A DNA stretch of 64,000 nt from a virus, in the IMG/VR virus record IMGVR_UViG_3300046517_000866, positions 1 through 64,000 of that record; one strand, 5' to 3'. The notes beneath the pieces are model-generated. The model was not told the origin of the DNA, made no database searches, and was given only the letters and a program-made list of their open reading frames with translations. Positions within the stretch are counted from its first letter, which is position 1. Each line of letters opens with the position of its first letter. The position numbers and the translations under genes were made by a program. This document shows, in pieces, positions 47,355 to 57,293 of this stretch.

Positions 47355-47740
47355 CCGTAGCCACTTGGGAACGTGACCTCTCCAATCTTCAAGATAAAAT
47401 CAACTTGCAACTCAATCCCCAATAGTTCAGCCGACCTGACGTACCTCGGATCGATATCAAATATACTAGTCTCGATCCCATTCTGTTCCTCGATTGTGAC
47501 TTTTAGTCCGCCAGTTCCACAGGCGATGACTTCTGCAACAGCATCGGGTGCCAGTTTGACGATATCACCCATGCTCAACTTTCCTGCGGCGATCGTCTGA
47601 ATGAGTTGTGGGTAACGGTTCATCAAAAACGCGACAGCTTTTGACGGGATACCGAAGACTTCAACGTCAGAGTCCCCGACAGTCAAGAAAGCCTTTTGCG
47701 GCAGGAGATCCAATATACCAATTTGACGTTTCGAGGCCAT
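47225..47740 (-). CDS. Tail assembly chaperone (gpG-like)
   Basis: Follows the major tail gene; contains slippery C-CCU-UUC at 47354-47348. Confidence 0.75.
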   Translation of the reverse strand: MASKRQIGILDLLPQKAFLTVGDSDVEVFGIPSKAVAFLMNRYPQLIQTIAAGKLSMGDIVKLAPDAVAEVIACGTGGLKVTIEEQNGIETSIFDIDPRYVRSAELLGIELQVDFILKIGEVTFPSGYGPFVKKIQELSDPGSVASGKARVMNSPRGSKPSVEPPIQESGT

Positions 47741-47814
47741 TTGCCTTGCGCCTTTCCAGTGTGTTGCAGGAATGCAGCACCCCCGACAGCGGGACCGCTG
47801 AAATTCCTTCGATA

Positions 47815-47895
47815 GGGCGTGCTGGGGTGGTTTTTATGAGGGGAGCGCTACACATGCAGCGCCCCCATCGAAGACAAGCCCACAGGGGGCCGTAG
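47815..47895. repeat. Dispersed quasi-palindromic intergenic element
   Basis: Core GGAGCGCTACACATGCAGCGCCCC (1 mismatch to the copy at 20098). Confidence 0.7.
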
Positions 47896-47936
47896 GAAGG
47901 ATTGTAAGGAACGATCCGAACAATCCTCGATTGTTT

Positions 47937-48485
47937 TTACGGCGACTCGGACAGGGTCGCCGTGACGGACCCGAAAAAGCCTGTTGTCGGATCAGCAAGA
48001 ACGTCGGCTTCCAGTTCCATGTCACCCCACTTCGAGTTGCCGATCAAGGAAACGGCCTTTGATGGTGTGATACGGCATTTCGGGAAGATCGCAGTCCAAC
48101 GCGGACCAACGTCATTTTGACCGACGAACTTGATTGCCGCCTCGATGATCGACGCCGAGAAGATATCGACCGTGATCGATCCAGGCGGGGAGTCAATGAT
48201 CGGAATGCCCATAAACGCCATACCAACGTTGCGTCCGGTGAACTCTTCGAGTACCATCGTCAACGTTGCGTCCTTTTGGACAATCGCGATCGCATCACGA
48301 ACTTTCACGCCAGTCCGTGAACTGTAGTGGTCAAGCCTTGTCGGCTTGCACAGGAACTCGAACGTCGGTGCGTTACCGCAGTCAACATAATCGAGGTCGC
48401 CAGTCAGCTTGACCGAAACGATGCCCGTGCCAATGTAGTAGTTGTTGGTGTTGGGCGAATTGACTGAACCGAGAATGATAGGCAT
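47937..48485 (-). CDS. Major tail tube protein
   Basis: YYIGTG, DCGNAPTF, HYSSRTG, LEEF, LEADVLAD. Confidence 0.8.
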   Translation of the reverse strand: MPIILGSVNSPNTNNYYIGTGIVSVKLTGDLDYVDCGNAPTFEFLCKPTRLDHYSSRTGVKVRDAIAIVQKDATLTMVLEEFTGRNVGMAFMGIPIIDSPPGSITVDIFSASIIEAAIKFVGQNDVGPRWTAIFPKCRITPSKAVSLIGNSKWGDMELEADVLADPTTGFFGSVTATLSESP

Positions 48486-48499
48486 TTCTTTGTCCTTTC

Positions 48500-48979
48500 T
48501 TAGAGTTTGAACTCGGCAGGTATGAGGGGATATCGCGCAAACAGTTTGATACCCAACTTACCTTCCATGGTGAGGCCCTCGGCCATATCAGTCATCATCG
48601 ACTCATATCGAAGTAACCCGCCGCCTCGCGCATTGACGATTACCTCAAGCTGACTGTCGTTGAGTATACCATCGAGAATAGCAATTCGGAACGTGTTTAG
48701 GTCCCGACCCACATTCTCATTCAGCGGCTTGCGCCCTTCGAGCACAACCCAGACTTCTGTAATCATGTTCACTAGACACGGTGATCTCGACACGCGACCT
48801 GGTGTTATCTGGGCTTCCGGCTCTACAACCTCATGCCCGTCAAGTAGGATGATGCAGGGACGCTTGTCATCCGGGACCTCGCCACGGTTACGGAAGTAGG
48901 ACGGCATGAACCCTGGAACTACAAGACCACTCAGAATGGCCTCATAACGATCAAGAATGCCTGTACGACGATCAACCAT
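48500..48979 (-). CDS. Tail terminator protein
   Basis: Size and position; RRTGILD...P...LDG.E pattern. Confidence 0.6.
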   Translation of the reverse strand: MVDRRTGILDRYEAILSGLVVPGFMPSYFRNRGEVPDDKRPCIILLDGHEVVEPEAQITPGRVSRSPCLVNMITEVWVVLEGRKPLNENVGRDLNTFRIAILDGILNDSQLEVIVNARGGGLLRYESMMTDMAEGLTMEGKLGIKLFARYPLIPAEFKL

Positions 48980-48987
48980 TTTAGCTC

Positions 48988-51210
48988 CTAAGTATCTTTT
49001 GGAGGTGGAGGAATTTTACCCATCACTATTCCGGCAAACCCATTGAGCTTATCCGCGTACGGATGGGTTGTTATTTTGGTAAAAGTAACTCCGTCTTCTG
49101 ACCGCCATAGTTGAAACCCTTGTGTCACAAGAGCAGCTCGCAAGTCTGGCCCCCCTTCCGTACCACCACCCTCAGCGTCATTGTACTGTGTGTAGACCGC
49201 AAGCTGTCTCTTGTATAAAAAAGTCCCAATAGCTTGGGTGTTATCCTTGTCCTTAAAACCATTCACCTCGATTTGTGGCGGCTGTCCTGGTCTAAAATTC
49301 CCTTCCGGTCCAGGAATAGGGAGAAAATAAGCGTTGTAGTGGACAAATTGAGCGTGTGGTGGGTTCGGGTCTGTAAAGAAACTTTCGGCCACAACCTCAG
49401 CGTTATGGCTAACAATACCCCCGCAGAAGTAACCTTCCGAATTATTAACGTCAAGAACGCCTTCTTGGTCTGAGGTAGTATCAACGTGGTAGTTATTAAA
49501 TAATTCAGGCATTGTAGCAAAATGAACTGGAGGGTTGGAGATCAGGGTGAGATTTATCTCTTGCTCCAGCTTAGCAAGACTAATAGCAACTTTATCCCCA
49601 ATACAAGCAGGCCAGCCTCCGTAGTAGGATGGATTGATAAAATTGTCAATGGCAGTAATATGGGCTATTTCACCACCTGTCGCTTGGTCTATTATTATTT
49701 CGTCAGTACTAGTTTGTCCAAATTCTCCGAATTTATTAACACCATTGAATAATTTTGGATCGGATGCCTCAGCATAAAACATCACTGTATTAGCGTAACC
49801 AGCACACCCAGAAATTACAAACGTCTTACTCTTTTTCTTATAAACCATTTTGAAGACATTGACACTTGGATAAACAGGAATGTGAAACAATTCATCATCG
49901 AATGTGGCTTTCGTGATCCCTTGCAAAATTTCTGTGCCGTCATCCCAGTCTATCCCGTTTCTAGATGTGTACAACTTACAAATACCTTCGAAGGCATTAG
50001 CAGGTAAAATGTTAGGAAAACTAGAGGTATTTGGAGCATTTCCAAAAACACAGGCGTAGAAAACACCCTGAATGCAATTTATGAACAAAGGAGTCCACTG
50101 TGAAAAAACCCCATCCGTGTTGATCGTTTTTACAACTTGCCAAGAGTCACTCAAGTCTTTTGAGATATAAATCTTGAGGTGTGTGCGATCGGGAGAGCTG
50201 AGAGCTGCAAAAATGCCGTTCTTGATAATCAGTGGGTCATCGGTCAACTTAGCGTCCACGGGCATCCCATAGCATGCCCCCACACCTAGAGCAAAGATAT
50301 CGGGAGTATCCCCATCGACAGACTTCCACGTCTTAAAAAGGTCTGTCGATTTGGAGTTACCCGTTGTCCACACACCCTTGCCGTAAACTCCAGGATTGTG
50401 GTACGGAGTAATTTCTCGCCACGTTAAGCCATCGTGTGAAACAGTAAGAAAATTCTTGCGAACAGGATTAAAAACATCAGTGTTCGTCTGGTAACTACCG
50501 TGAACCACAAAGTCATTGGCTGTCCACTGCACATCGATCGGATTTTGAAAAGGATCAAACTTCCAACCAGCCGTGTCATCATCCTTTGGTGGCGAAAAAA
50601 GCTTTTCATCATCACTGTCGTCTGGCGGCGCGTCTTCCTCTTTTGGAATGTCCGAACCATCGATCGGCTGCGTGATAGTATAAACGTACTCTTGCGCATA
50701 GGACTTATTGTCAGTAACTGAAAACTGATCAATAACTTCCATCTTGATCCAAGCATCGGCTCCTGTCGGCTCCTGTGTCGGATCAGGGGCACCACCATCT
50801 GTTTTTTCAACGGCATCAGGTGGCGACGCCCAATAACGAATATGTGTCTTTTTGTGTGGACCACCCGTTCCGCCCTTGTCGTCCAAAAGGGCTTGTTCGT
50901 CATCATTGTTCAAAATGAACTTGTACTCTTGCGCATAAGACTTCGCGTCAGAAACGCCAAACTTCAAAATACGCTCAACCTTCAGATGCCCGTCGCCATT
51001 CTTGGACTGAACATCCGCTACACGAACCTTGCGTGAAGTATTGTTGTTCGTGTTTTCAAATATGAAACGATGCTCTTGCGCGTATGATTTTGCATCTCCC
51101 AACTCAATACGTTTGACGCAAGGCACAAGCACATACTGGGAGTCATCGTCTGGGTTCCTAACCTTCTTAACGATATACTGCCGGTATTTAGTGTCGATCG
51201 AGGTGGTCAT
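48988..51210 (-). CDS. Large putative virion protein: 3x D.KSYAQE repeats plus Asp-box beta-propeller
   Basis: SHDGLTW, SKDLSDSW, SRNGIDW, SEDGVTF. Confidence 0.6.
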   Translation of the reverse strand: MTTSIDTKYRQYIVKKVRNPDDDSQYVLVPCVKRIELGDAKSYAQEHRFIFENTNNNTSRKVRVADVQSKNGDGHLKVERILKFGVSDAKSYAQEYKFILNNDDEQALLDDKGGTGGPHKKTHIRYWASPPDAVEKTDGGAPDPTQEPTGADAWIKMEVIDQFSVTDNKSYAQEYVYTITQPIDGSDIPKEEDAPPDDSDDEKLFSPPKDDDTAGWKFDPFQNPIDVQWTANDFVVHGSYQTNTDVFNPVRKNFLTVSHDGLTWREITPYHNPGVYGKGVWTTGNSKSTDLFKTWKSVDGDTPDIFALGVGACYGMPVDAKLTDDPLIIKNGIFAALSSPDRTHLKIYISKDLSDSWQVVKTINTDGVFSQWTPLFINCIQGVFYACVFGNAPNTSSFPNILPANAFEGICKLYTSRNGIDWDDGTEILQGITKATFDDELFHIPVYPSVNVFKMVYKKKSKTFVISGCAGYANTVMFYAEASDPKLFNGVNKFGEFGQTSTDEIIIDQATGGEIAHITAIDNFINPSYYGGWPACIGDKVAISLAKLEQEINLTLISNPPVHFATMPELFNNYHVDTTSDQEGVLDVNNSEGYFCGGIVSHNAEVVAESFFTDPNPPHAQFVHYNAYFLPIPGPEGNFRPGQPPQIEVNGFKDKDNTQAIGTFLYKRQLAVYTQYNDAEGGGTEGGPDLRAALVTQGFQLWRSEDGVTFTKITTHPYADKLNGFAGIVMGKIPPPPKDT

Positions 51211-51216
51211 TGGGAC

Positions 51217-51564
51217 TTACTTGCGCACCTGCAACGTAAACATGATCTGTTGTTCGCCGGGTGTCAGAGGCTCCACAGTCACAACCCGCAAAGGCGTCAT
51301 TGCCGGATACTCATCATGCCCGTCAACGTACAATAGTTTGTCACGTTCCGGGTCAGGCGTTATGCCAGGAATGTACGCCGACGGTAACAAAACCTTGCGA
51401 TCATTCCACTGGATAAGGTCCCGTTCCATTCTTGACGAATTGAACATGGTCGTGATGACCTTGCACGGAAAGTCCTCGTACCCATCACGGCGCAGTATGG
51501 CTTTGGCACCCTTCTTTTCCGCCATCTTGTGGGCCAGCGCCACCTGCCGATCATAGACACCCAT
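51217..51564 (-). CDS. Head closure / head-tail joining protein
   Basis: DLIQWNDRKVL, LQVRK end; position. Confidence 0.7.
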   Translation of the reverse strand: MGVYDRQVALAHKMAEKKGAKAILRRDGYEDFPCKVITTMFNSSRMERDLIQWNDRKVLLPSAYIPGITPDPERDKLLYVDGHDEYPAMTPLRVVTVEPLTPGEQQIMFTLQVRK

Positions 51565-51568
51565 GGGT

Positions 51569-52087
51569 TTAGTACCTCACGAGCTGCCGAATGTTACTGC
51601 CACCGATCAGGCTGGACAATAACTGCTCAATCACAGTAATGCGCGGAATAGGATCAAGAGGTCCTTTGTCCGAGTATCTTGTCATGATCGGACCGACGCG
51701 TTCCTCGATTATCTTTTCCTGTGCCGGAACGAAATCAGGCGTCAAAGAAAAGGGGTCCGTGAGTTCACGAAAGACGGCCTCATTGCAAGCCTCGACAAGT
51801 TCCTTGGGCAACGTTGTACTGTCAACCAAATACCCCTCGTTGTCATAGACATTGACGCGTGGCCAGTCCAAGGCTTGGGCACGTCCATTCAGGCGACGAC
51901 CCCGCCAAAGTAACTTATACTTTGAGTCCAAGTAGATCGTACCTCGCCGCAAGGCGCCTTCGATTTGTTCATCGGTAAACTCTGTAACGTCACGACCAAA
52001 TGCAGCAGAAGCTGTCTGAAAGCCGAGTACGGATTGATAGCTCTCGGCATCTGCAAGGCCCGTTCCGTCCTCGACAACGATGGTCAT
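51569..52087 (-). CDS. Head-tail adaptor (DnaT-like family)
   Basis: IVVEDGTG.ADAESY, QALDWPR, EERVGPI...Y. Confidence 0.8.
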   Translation of the reverse strand: MTIVVEDGTGLADAESYQSVLGFQTASAAFGRDVTEFTDEQIEGALRRGTIYLDSKYKLLWRGRRLNGRAQALDWPRVNVYDNEGYLVDSTTLPKELVEACNEAVFRELTDPFSLTPDFVPAQEKIIEERVGPIMTRYSDKGPLDPIPRITVIEQLLSSLIGGSNIRQLVRY

Positions 52088-52839
52088 TTCTGTTTCTCCG
52101 CTGCGTACGCCTCAATGATTGCCAAAGCATCGTTGCGGCTGGCGGGCTTCTCGCCTGAAATGCGACCTGCAAGATTTTGCAAACTCTTCCAAGGCAGCGC
52201 CAGATAATCCCGAGGGATCACGATCGGACGCTTCAATGCGCCGGACGTTTTCGGCACAGGCTTGTTGCTTGGAACTGCTGGTTCTGCGGGAGGTGTCTCT
52301 TGATCAGGTGTTGGCTTGTCAGGATCAAGCAAACCAGGTGTTAAAACGGCACCAAGCTTTGTCGCTGCGTCACCAATCTGTTCCGGCATAGTCAACTTGC
52401 GGACCCGTTCCTTGATGACTTCAAGCGAAGGGCGATCCTGCACTTTTGCCTGCTCCGGATGCCCGTCATCTTGTGTGACGCCAGGACCAACTTCCCGCGT
52501 CGTGTTCTTTGGAGTAACTGAGAATGTGCCGGACTGCGGACCAATGAAAAACTCAAGTGGCGCTCCGGCCTCTTTTGCCATCCGTGTCGCCTTGACGACA
52601 TTTGTACGCGCCAGTTCAACGATGGCTTCGCGGTCAAACGTGTCAGGCATGAAGGGGTTGGTTTCGTGTGGAACGACGCCAGCAACTGGGTGGTCTTCCG
52701 GCAGGTCACCGTTTGCGATCATAGACGCAATGGGCGCGTCATGACCCTTGCCGATTGCAACTGCATACCTGCGCCGGATCATCATGATATCTTCCGATGC
52801 GGATGATACCTGGCGCGTAGCTCGCTTGATAATCGTCAT
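52084..52839 (-). CDS. Hypothetical head-associated protein
   Basis: After MCP; C-terminal short helical motif. Confidence 0.6.
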   Translation of the reverse strand: MTIIKRATRQVSSASEDIMMIRRRYAVAIGKGHDAPIASMIANGDLPEDHPVAGVVPHETNPFMPDTFDREAIVELARTNVVKATRMAKEAGAPLEFFIGPQSGTFSVTPKNTTREVGPGVTQDDGHPEQAKVQDRPSLEVIKERVRKLTMPEQIGDAATKLGAVLTPGLLDPDKPTPDQETPPAEPAVPSNKPVPKTSGALKRPIVIPRDYLALPWKSLQNLAGRISGEKPASRNDALAIIEAYAAEKQK

Positions 52840-52861
52840 AGTATTTTCTCCCTATGTACTC

Positions 52862-52900
52862 AAAAATGACAGGGAGCTTTTCAGTTCCCTGTCATTTCAT
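52862..52900 (-). terminator. Terminator after major capsid gene
   Basis: AAATGACAGGGA...TCCCTGTCATTT hairpin with U-run on the minus strand. Confidence 0.6.
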
Positions 52901-52914
52901 TTGTGACTTTGCAC

Positions 52915-53901
52915 TTACTGGATTTTGTGGATGAACCGGACCAGCCGGACGTTCTTGGAATTGTAGACGGCCGTCCAGTTTCCGTCATCGGCCAACTCGG
53001 CATCGGAAGGCGTCTGACTCGCAGGAACACCGTTTTGCGGAGTCCAGCGGATACCACGCGGGTGGAGGACGAAATGACGCCGATACACAAGATACTCCTG
53101 ACCGCCGTTGATCAGGGGGTTTCTGTGTGTCTCGGACGGCACCTTGGGATTGCCTTCGCCCCAACCGATAGCGCCGGGTCCGAACAGGTAGGTCGTGTAG
53201 ACGCCTGCCGTTGTCGGAGCCATCGCGTCATCAACGATGACACGCTTGCCCATGAAGGTCTTCATAACCAACTGCCCTTCGCTGTCGCGAATGAAGTCGA
53301 TCAAGTCGTTCTTGGCAAGCGAGGACTCAACCGCGGAATGCATTGCAACACCGGCAATGTTTTCCTTGGCATCGCCAAGGGACTGGGCCGCATCGATAAA
53401 CGAGTGACCATCGATGTACTGAGCACCTGCGGACAAGCCGGAGATGTCATGTGTGTTTGTCGCCGGTGACGGACCGTGCGACGCTGTTGCAAGAGCACCT
53501 TGCAGAGTCGACAGGAGCATATGATTGAACTCAGTGCTCCAGTTCTTGGCGATGCCATCGCCGATCGCCATCATCGGGTCATCCCCGGCAAGGGCTGCGG
53601 CGAGGTCCGTCGAGCCGTACACGAGTGCACGCGCATGCTGAACGGCAGTGTCCTGACCCGACTGAATTTTCTTCATGACGAGGTCTTCGGTGTCGTTCAG
53701 GAGTTGGGCACGTTCACCGAGCTCCTTCCAGTACGGCATTTCGATTTGCAGACCACCGCGTGTGCCGAAGTTGAGGTCGGCGACAGGTGCGATGATGCCG
53801 GACTGGAAAAACGCATTCAGGAGGATCGACTGCTCCCGAACGTACGGGTTGAAGATTTCCGGAACGATAACGTCCGAAACTTTCGTGGGGGTATTGGGCA
53901 T
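52915..53901 (-). CDS. Major capsid protein
   Basis: TKVSDVIVPEIFNPY, GDDPM.AI, MHSAV, GKRVIVDD, LHPRG. Confidence 0.92.
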   Translation of the reverse strand: MPNTPTKVSDVIVPEIFNPYVREQSILLNAFFQSGIIAPVADLNFGTRGGLQIEMPYWKELGERAQLLNDTEDLVMKKIQSGQDTAVQHARALVYGSTDLAAALAGDDPMMAIGDGIAKNWSTEFNHMLLSTLQGALATASHGPSPATNTHDISGLSAGAQYIDGHSFIDAAQSLGDAKENIAGVAMHSAVESSLAKNDLIDFIRDSEGQLVMKTFMGKRVIVDDAMAPTTAGVYTTYLFGPGAIGWGEGNPKVPSETHRNPLINGGQEYLVYRRHFVLHPRGIRWTPQNGVPASQTPSDAELADDGNWTAVYNSKNVRLVRFIHKIQ

Positions 53902-54013
53902 TGCTTGTTGTCCTTTTCAAGATTTCAGGGAGAAGTCAAAGGACAATCGCAGCCTTCGGCTTTGGAATGTCCACAATCGAAACTAAACTGCAGCTTCGCT
54001 GCGGGCAGATTTA

Positions 54014-54859
54014 TCAAGCCGCGACAGGGATAGTCTTGCCAGCGGCCTTCGCCAATTTCTCGGCTTTGGCACGATCAGTCATCAGTAACTGACCTTGCTG
54101 TGTGAGGTTCCAGGTGTCTTTGGACCACGGGTTCGGCTCGTTGGATTTGTTTCCGGTTCCCTGCTTGCCTGTGCCAGTTCCAGCATCGGCACCTTTTGCC
54201 GGGACAACGAAAACTTTTCCTTCGTCCGAAGAAATCCAATCAGACACGAACTTCTGAACGTCAACTGAACCCATGTCGGTCTCGACAATGGCCGAATAAT
54301 CGCCGTCGCCGTCTTCCGTCACCTTGACGTTCTCGCGCAACATGGCTTTTGCAGCCTTCAACAACTTCGGATCGACACCCCCATCCATGAGAGCCTTTGT
54401 CAATCCGTCATCGATCAGCAACTTGGCGATGAAGGTTTCCTTGCTTGCCAACTTCGCCTCGAGTGCCTTCACAGCATTCGTATGCTTCGCCTCGATTGCA
54501 GTGATCTTCTGCTCCAGCATCTTGCGCGCGGCAACGGCTTCCGCGTTCTTCGTCTTGTCTTCAGGTGTCGTGCCGCCGCCCTTGTCGAGCTCGGCCTTGA
54601 GCTCTTTCAACTGCACGTACTCTTCGGCATTGAAGTCTTCCGGCACTGACGAATACTTTTCCTTCAGTGCCTTGACTTCATCTAGCACACGCCGCCGATC
54701 CTGCTTTGTCTTTTCGTGCGCCGTCTTCAAATTGATGACCTTGGGGTGACTATCGATATCGTCCAACTGAAGGACAAACTTGCCACCATCCTCATCGTAA
54801 AACTCACGCTGGGCCTCCGGGATATCATCCAAAGAGTCCAGTACTGCTTTCAAAGGCAT
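54014..54859 (-). CDS. Capsid scaffolding protein
   Basis: Coiled coil; C-terminal NPWSKDTWNLTQQG. Confidence 0.85.
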   Translation of the reverse strand: MPLKAVLDSLDDIPEAQREFYDEDGGKFVLQLDDIDSHPKVINLKTAHEKTKQDRRRVLDEVKALKEKYSSVPEDFNAEEYVQLKELKAELDKGGGTTPEDKTKNAEAVAARKMLEQKITAIEAKHTNAVKALEAKLASKETFIAKLLIDDGLTKALMDGGVDPKLLKAAKAMLRENVKVTEDGDGDYSAIVETDMGSVDVQKFVSDWISSDEGKVFVVPAKGADAGTGTGKQGTGNKSNEPNPWSKDTWNLTQQGQLLMTDRAKAEKLAKAAGKTIPVAA

Positions 54860-54872
54860 CGCCTTGCTCCTG

Positions 54873-55415
54873 TTACGCCGACCTGTGTTTCAGCCACTCG
54901 GCTGTCGGCGCTCCGAGTTTCTCTTTTGTCCACCCACTCATTGATCGTGTGTATGGACTAAACCTATGTAAATTGACTTCCCACGCTCCGACAAATAAAG
55001 AGCGATCAGTCCATGCTGTGTGGCGCAAGAAGTGCTTACCTGAAATCGTCATAGGCACGCCACATAGTATGATCCGCTCGAACCCTTCTAAGACTGCAAC
55101 GGCTACCGCAAACAACCCCGAGGACCCCGCGCAATCTTCAACTAGCATCGTGAAGTACTTGGCAAACTGCTGTTCAATAGGCTTCAACATTGGACCAACT
55201 ACTTCAAAATCACTTGACTCAACCCACAATCGGCGTTGTGCTAACCAATCACAAATCTTCTCCGGGTGCAAGGTTATTGCGTAGTCAAGACGTTCAGTCC
55301 AAGTACCAATCATATCGTTGACTACAAAATAAGCGTCGGGCTCCACGAGCGACCGCGCCGACATGTAATCATCGATGACGCACTCAGCGCCACCGATGAC
55401 AAATGCAACTGGCAT
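54873..55415 (-). CDS. Rossmann-like putative glycosyltransferase-type protein, paralog C
   Basis: FVIGGA, VNDMI, TLHP, GSSGLFAV, LCGVPM, RSMSGWT. Confidence 0.55.
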   Translation of the reverse strand: MPVAFVIGGAECVIDDYMSARSLVEPDAYFVVNDMIGTWTERLDYAITLHPEKICDWLAQRRLWVESSDFEVVGPMLKPIEQQFAKYFTMLVEDCAGSSGLFAVAVAVLEGFERIILCGVPMTISGKHFLRHTAWTDRSLFVGAWEVNLHRFSPYTRSMSGWTKEKLGAPTAEWLKHRSA

Positions 55416-55732
55416 CAGGGATAAGGATGGCTCGGCGCCCACCCATTACAGTGTGCACTTTCATGTCGCCAGTAGAAAGCCGATTGTCCAACTGGCATAT
55501 AGAAAATGCAGTAACTACGCATAGTGAAAGTGCAGGCGTACGCCATGCCCCTGCAATGGTACATGACGCTTGCCGGACTCACCTCATAAAGGATCATCCG
55601 CTTTGTGGGTTGATGATCGAAGCGCGGAGGTATTGGAAACCTGTTATACTCCGCCCAACTACAAGTTGACATAAGCAGCAGTACAGTAATCACAGTCCAC
55701 AGAAGCAATAGTGCAGCGATCAGGGTTTTCAT
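55415..55732 (-). CDS. Secreted/membrane protein with HExxH-like motif
   Basis: Signal-like N-terminus; RHESAHCNGW. Confidence 0.55.
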   Translation of the reverse strand: MKTLIAALLLLWTVITVLLLMSTCSWAEYNRFPIPPRFDHQPTKRMILYEVSPASVMYHCRGMAYACTFTMRSYCIFYMPVGQSAFYWRHESAHCNGWAPSHPYP

Positions 55733-55735
55733 GGT

Positions 55736-56191
55736 TCACGCTCCCGATGGCAAAAAGTAGCAACGAGGTTCGCCGTTGCCATTGTTCAAGAACAGCACAC
55801 CGTGACCCGTGGGATTTGGTGGCATGTAAATGATCTTGCCTTGTGGCACAAAGTAACTACGTTGCTGTGGCACCTTCTGCCGACACGTCGTACCCCTTGT
55901 GTCCTCATCCTCATTGTACCACTCCCAGCAAGGCGGGTCCTCGTCATTGTCCGTGATGTGTGCAATAACCCCACCTTCCGTGTGACCAGCTTCACCTGGA
56001 CGCACACGATCATACTCATCTGCCAAAAAGCCATCTGCCAAAGCGCAACAAGAATGTACAGGAGCGGATTGTAGCCACTCCTGTACTTTAGGATTGTCTG
56101 ACCAACCACCAGCAAGAGTATTGTGTGTGCAATACGCTACTGCACCCGCGAGAACAACTACACAGAACAAGGCGCGAAGGTACTGCATCAC
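55736..56191 (-). CDS. Secreted Cys-rich hypothetical protein
   Basis: Signal peptide; SCC..ADG, NPTGH, CYF.P. Confidence 0.65.
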   Translation of the reverse strand: MMQYLRALFCVVVLAGAVAYCTHNTLAGGWSDNPKVQEWLQSAPVHSCCALADGFLADEYDRVRPGEAGHTEGGVIAHITDNDEDPPCWEWYNEDEDTRGTTCRQKVPQQRSYFVPQGKIIYMPPNPTGHGVLFLNNGNGEPRCYFLPSGA

Positions 56192-56202
56192 AAAGAACTC
56201 CT

Positions 56203-56430
56203 TTAAGACTTTGCTGGTGCGGGAGCGGGAGCGGCAGGTGCCGGAGCAGGAGCTGCCTTTTCAAAAGCAGCAACGGCCTTTTTCGTAGCCCGCAAAATCT
56301 TGTCGTCCGTCAAGAAGCCCTTGACTGAAGACTGTGCCCAAAACGGGATACTAGAGGACTCACTGATTTCCTCGAAAAGGTCCGCCTTGAGCGCATCAAA
56401 AACGGCATTGAGCTGTTGAGTAGTAGCCAT
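56203..56430 (-). CDS. Small protein with Ala-Pro tail
   Basis: GGAGAG RBS. Confidence 0.6.
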   Translation of the reverse strand: MATTQQLNAVFDALKADLFEEISESSSIPFWAQSSVKGFLTDDKILRATKKAVAAFEKAAPAPAPAAPAPAPAKS

Positions 56431-56452
56431 GACTTTCTCTCCACTGTTTGAG

Positions 56453-56650
56453 TTACGGTAATCTGGACACAGGAACTACAGGGTCAGAAATCGGACCACC
56501 GTCCGATTGTTCCTGATCCCAACCTTGACCAGCAGGTGCGCCGTGCGGATAGTACTCCATCAACTGCTGGTAACCCTGTTTCATCATAGTCGTATGATCG
56601 CCCGCAGGTGCGGGAGCAGGCTTGTGGATTTGCTGTGAGTACCGCGACAT
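56453..56650 (-). CDS. Small protein, N-terminus MSRYSQQIHKPAP
   Basis: AGGAG RBS. Confidence 0.6.
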   Translation of the reverse strand: MSRYSQQIHKPAPAPAGDHTTMMKQGYQQLMEYYPHGAPAGQGWDQEQSDGGPISDPVVPVSRLP

Positions 56651-56658
56651 ATTGACTC

Positions 56659-56829
56659 CTACCCTCGAATAGGTGGCCCGTACACTTGCCACCCAAGCAG
56701 AACAAACAAGATCAACTCGACAGCGCCGCTAGCTCGGGGTCCATATGTGCCACCGTACCCAAAAGATACGGCGACAAAAAATACGACCCAAACCAGCATG
56801 ATTACCCAGAAGATAAGTCCTCTTTGCAT
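56659..56829 (-). CDS. Small two-TM membrane protein
   Basis: GGAGG RBS; hydrophobic. Confidence 0.65.
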   Translation of the reverse strand: MQRGLIFWVIMLVWVVFFVAVSFGYGGTYGPRASGAVELILFVLLGWQVYGPPIRG

Positions 56830-56845
56830 GTGAAATCCTCCGAAG

Positions 56846-57190
56846 TTAGGCCGAAGTGAAACGCCCGTCATGCGGGTCATGGTTCGGATTGCCCACCTTC
56901 CCACCACCATGCTGAGGTGCCCCGATCTTCGAATGATCACCCTTCGGTCCATGCCTTGCTGGACTGATAGGGTGGGTCGTATTTGGAACGTTCAAATTCC
57001 CCGACGCCCTTTTGTTAAACTCAGGATTTTTGTAAAAGGAGGACGTATTTTTTGTAGTTGATCCATGAGCCCGAGCGTAGTAACCCCCATGATAGTTTGG
57101 ATCACGTGTCGGAAAGCTGACGCCCCTTGTGTCCACCGGCCCCAATTGCTTCCCCGCACGTGACGCCGCCAACATCTTTGAGAACTTCAT
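56846..57190 (-). CDS. Basic disordered protein ending NPNHDPHDGRFTSA
   Basis: GGAG RBS; start MKFSKML. Confidence 0.6.
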   Translation of the reverse strand: MKFSKMLAASRAGKQLGPVDTRGVSFPTRDPNYHGGYYARAHGSTTKNTSSFYKNPEFNKRASGNLNVPNTTHPISPARHGPKGDHSKIGAPQHGGGKVGNPNHDPHDGRFTSA

Positions 57191-57293
57191 TTTCGATCTC
57201 CAGGTATGGCAACGCAGCGACATAGCGCTGAGCCGCTGGAAAGGTTTCAAGTAAGCGAAGTACGTCGTCCCGGCGAAGCACGCGGATCATGAC

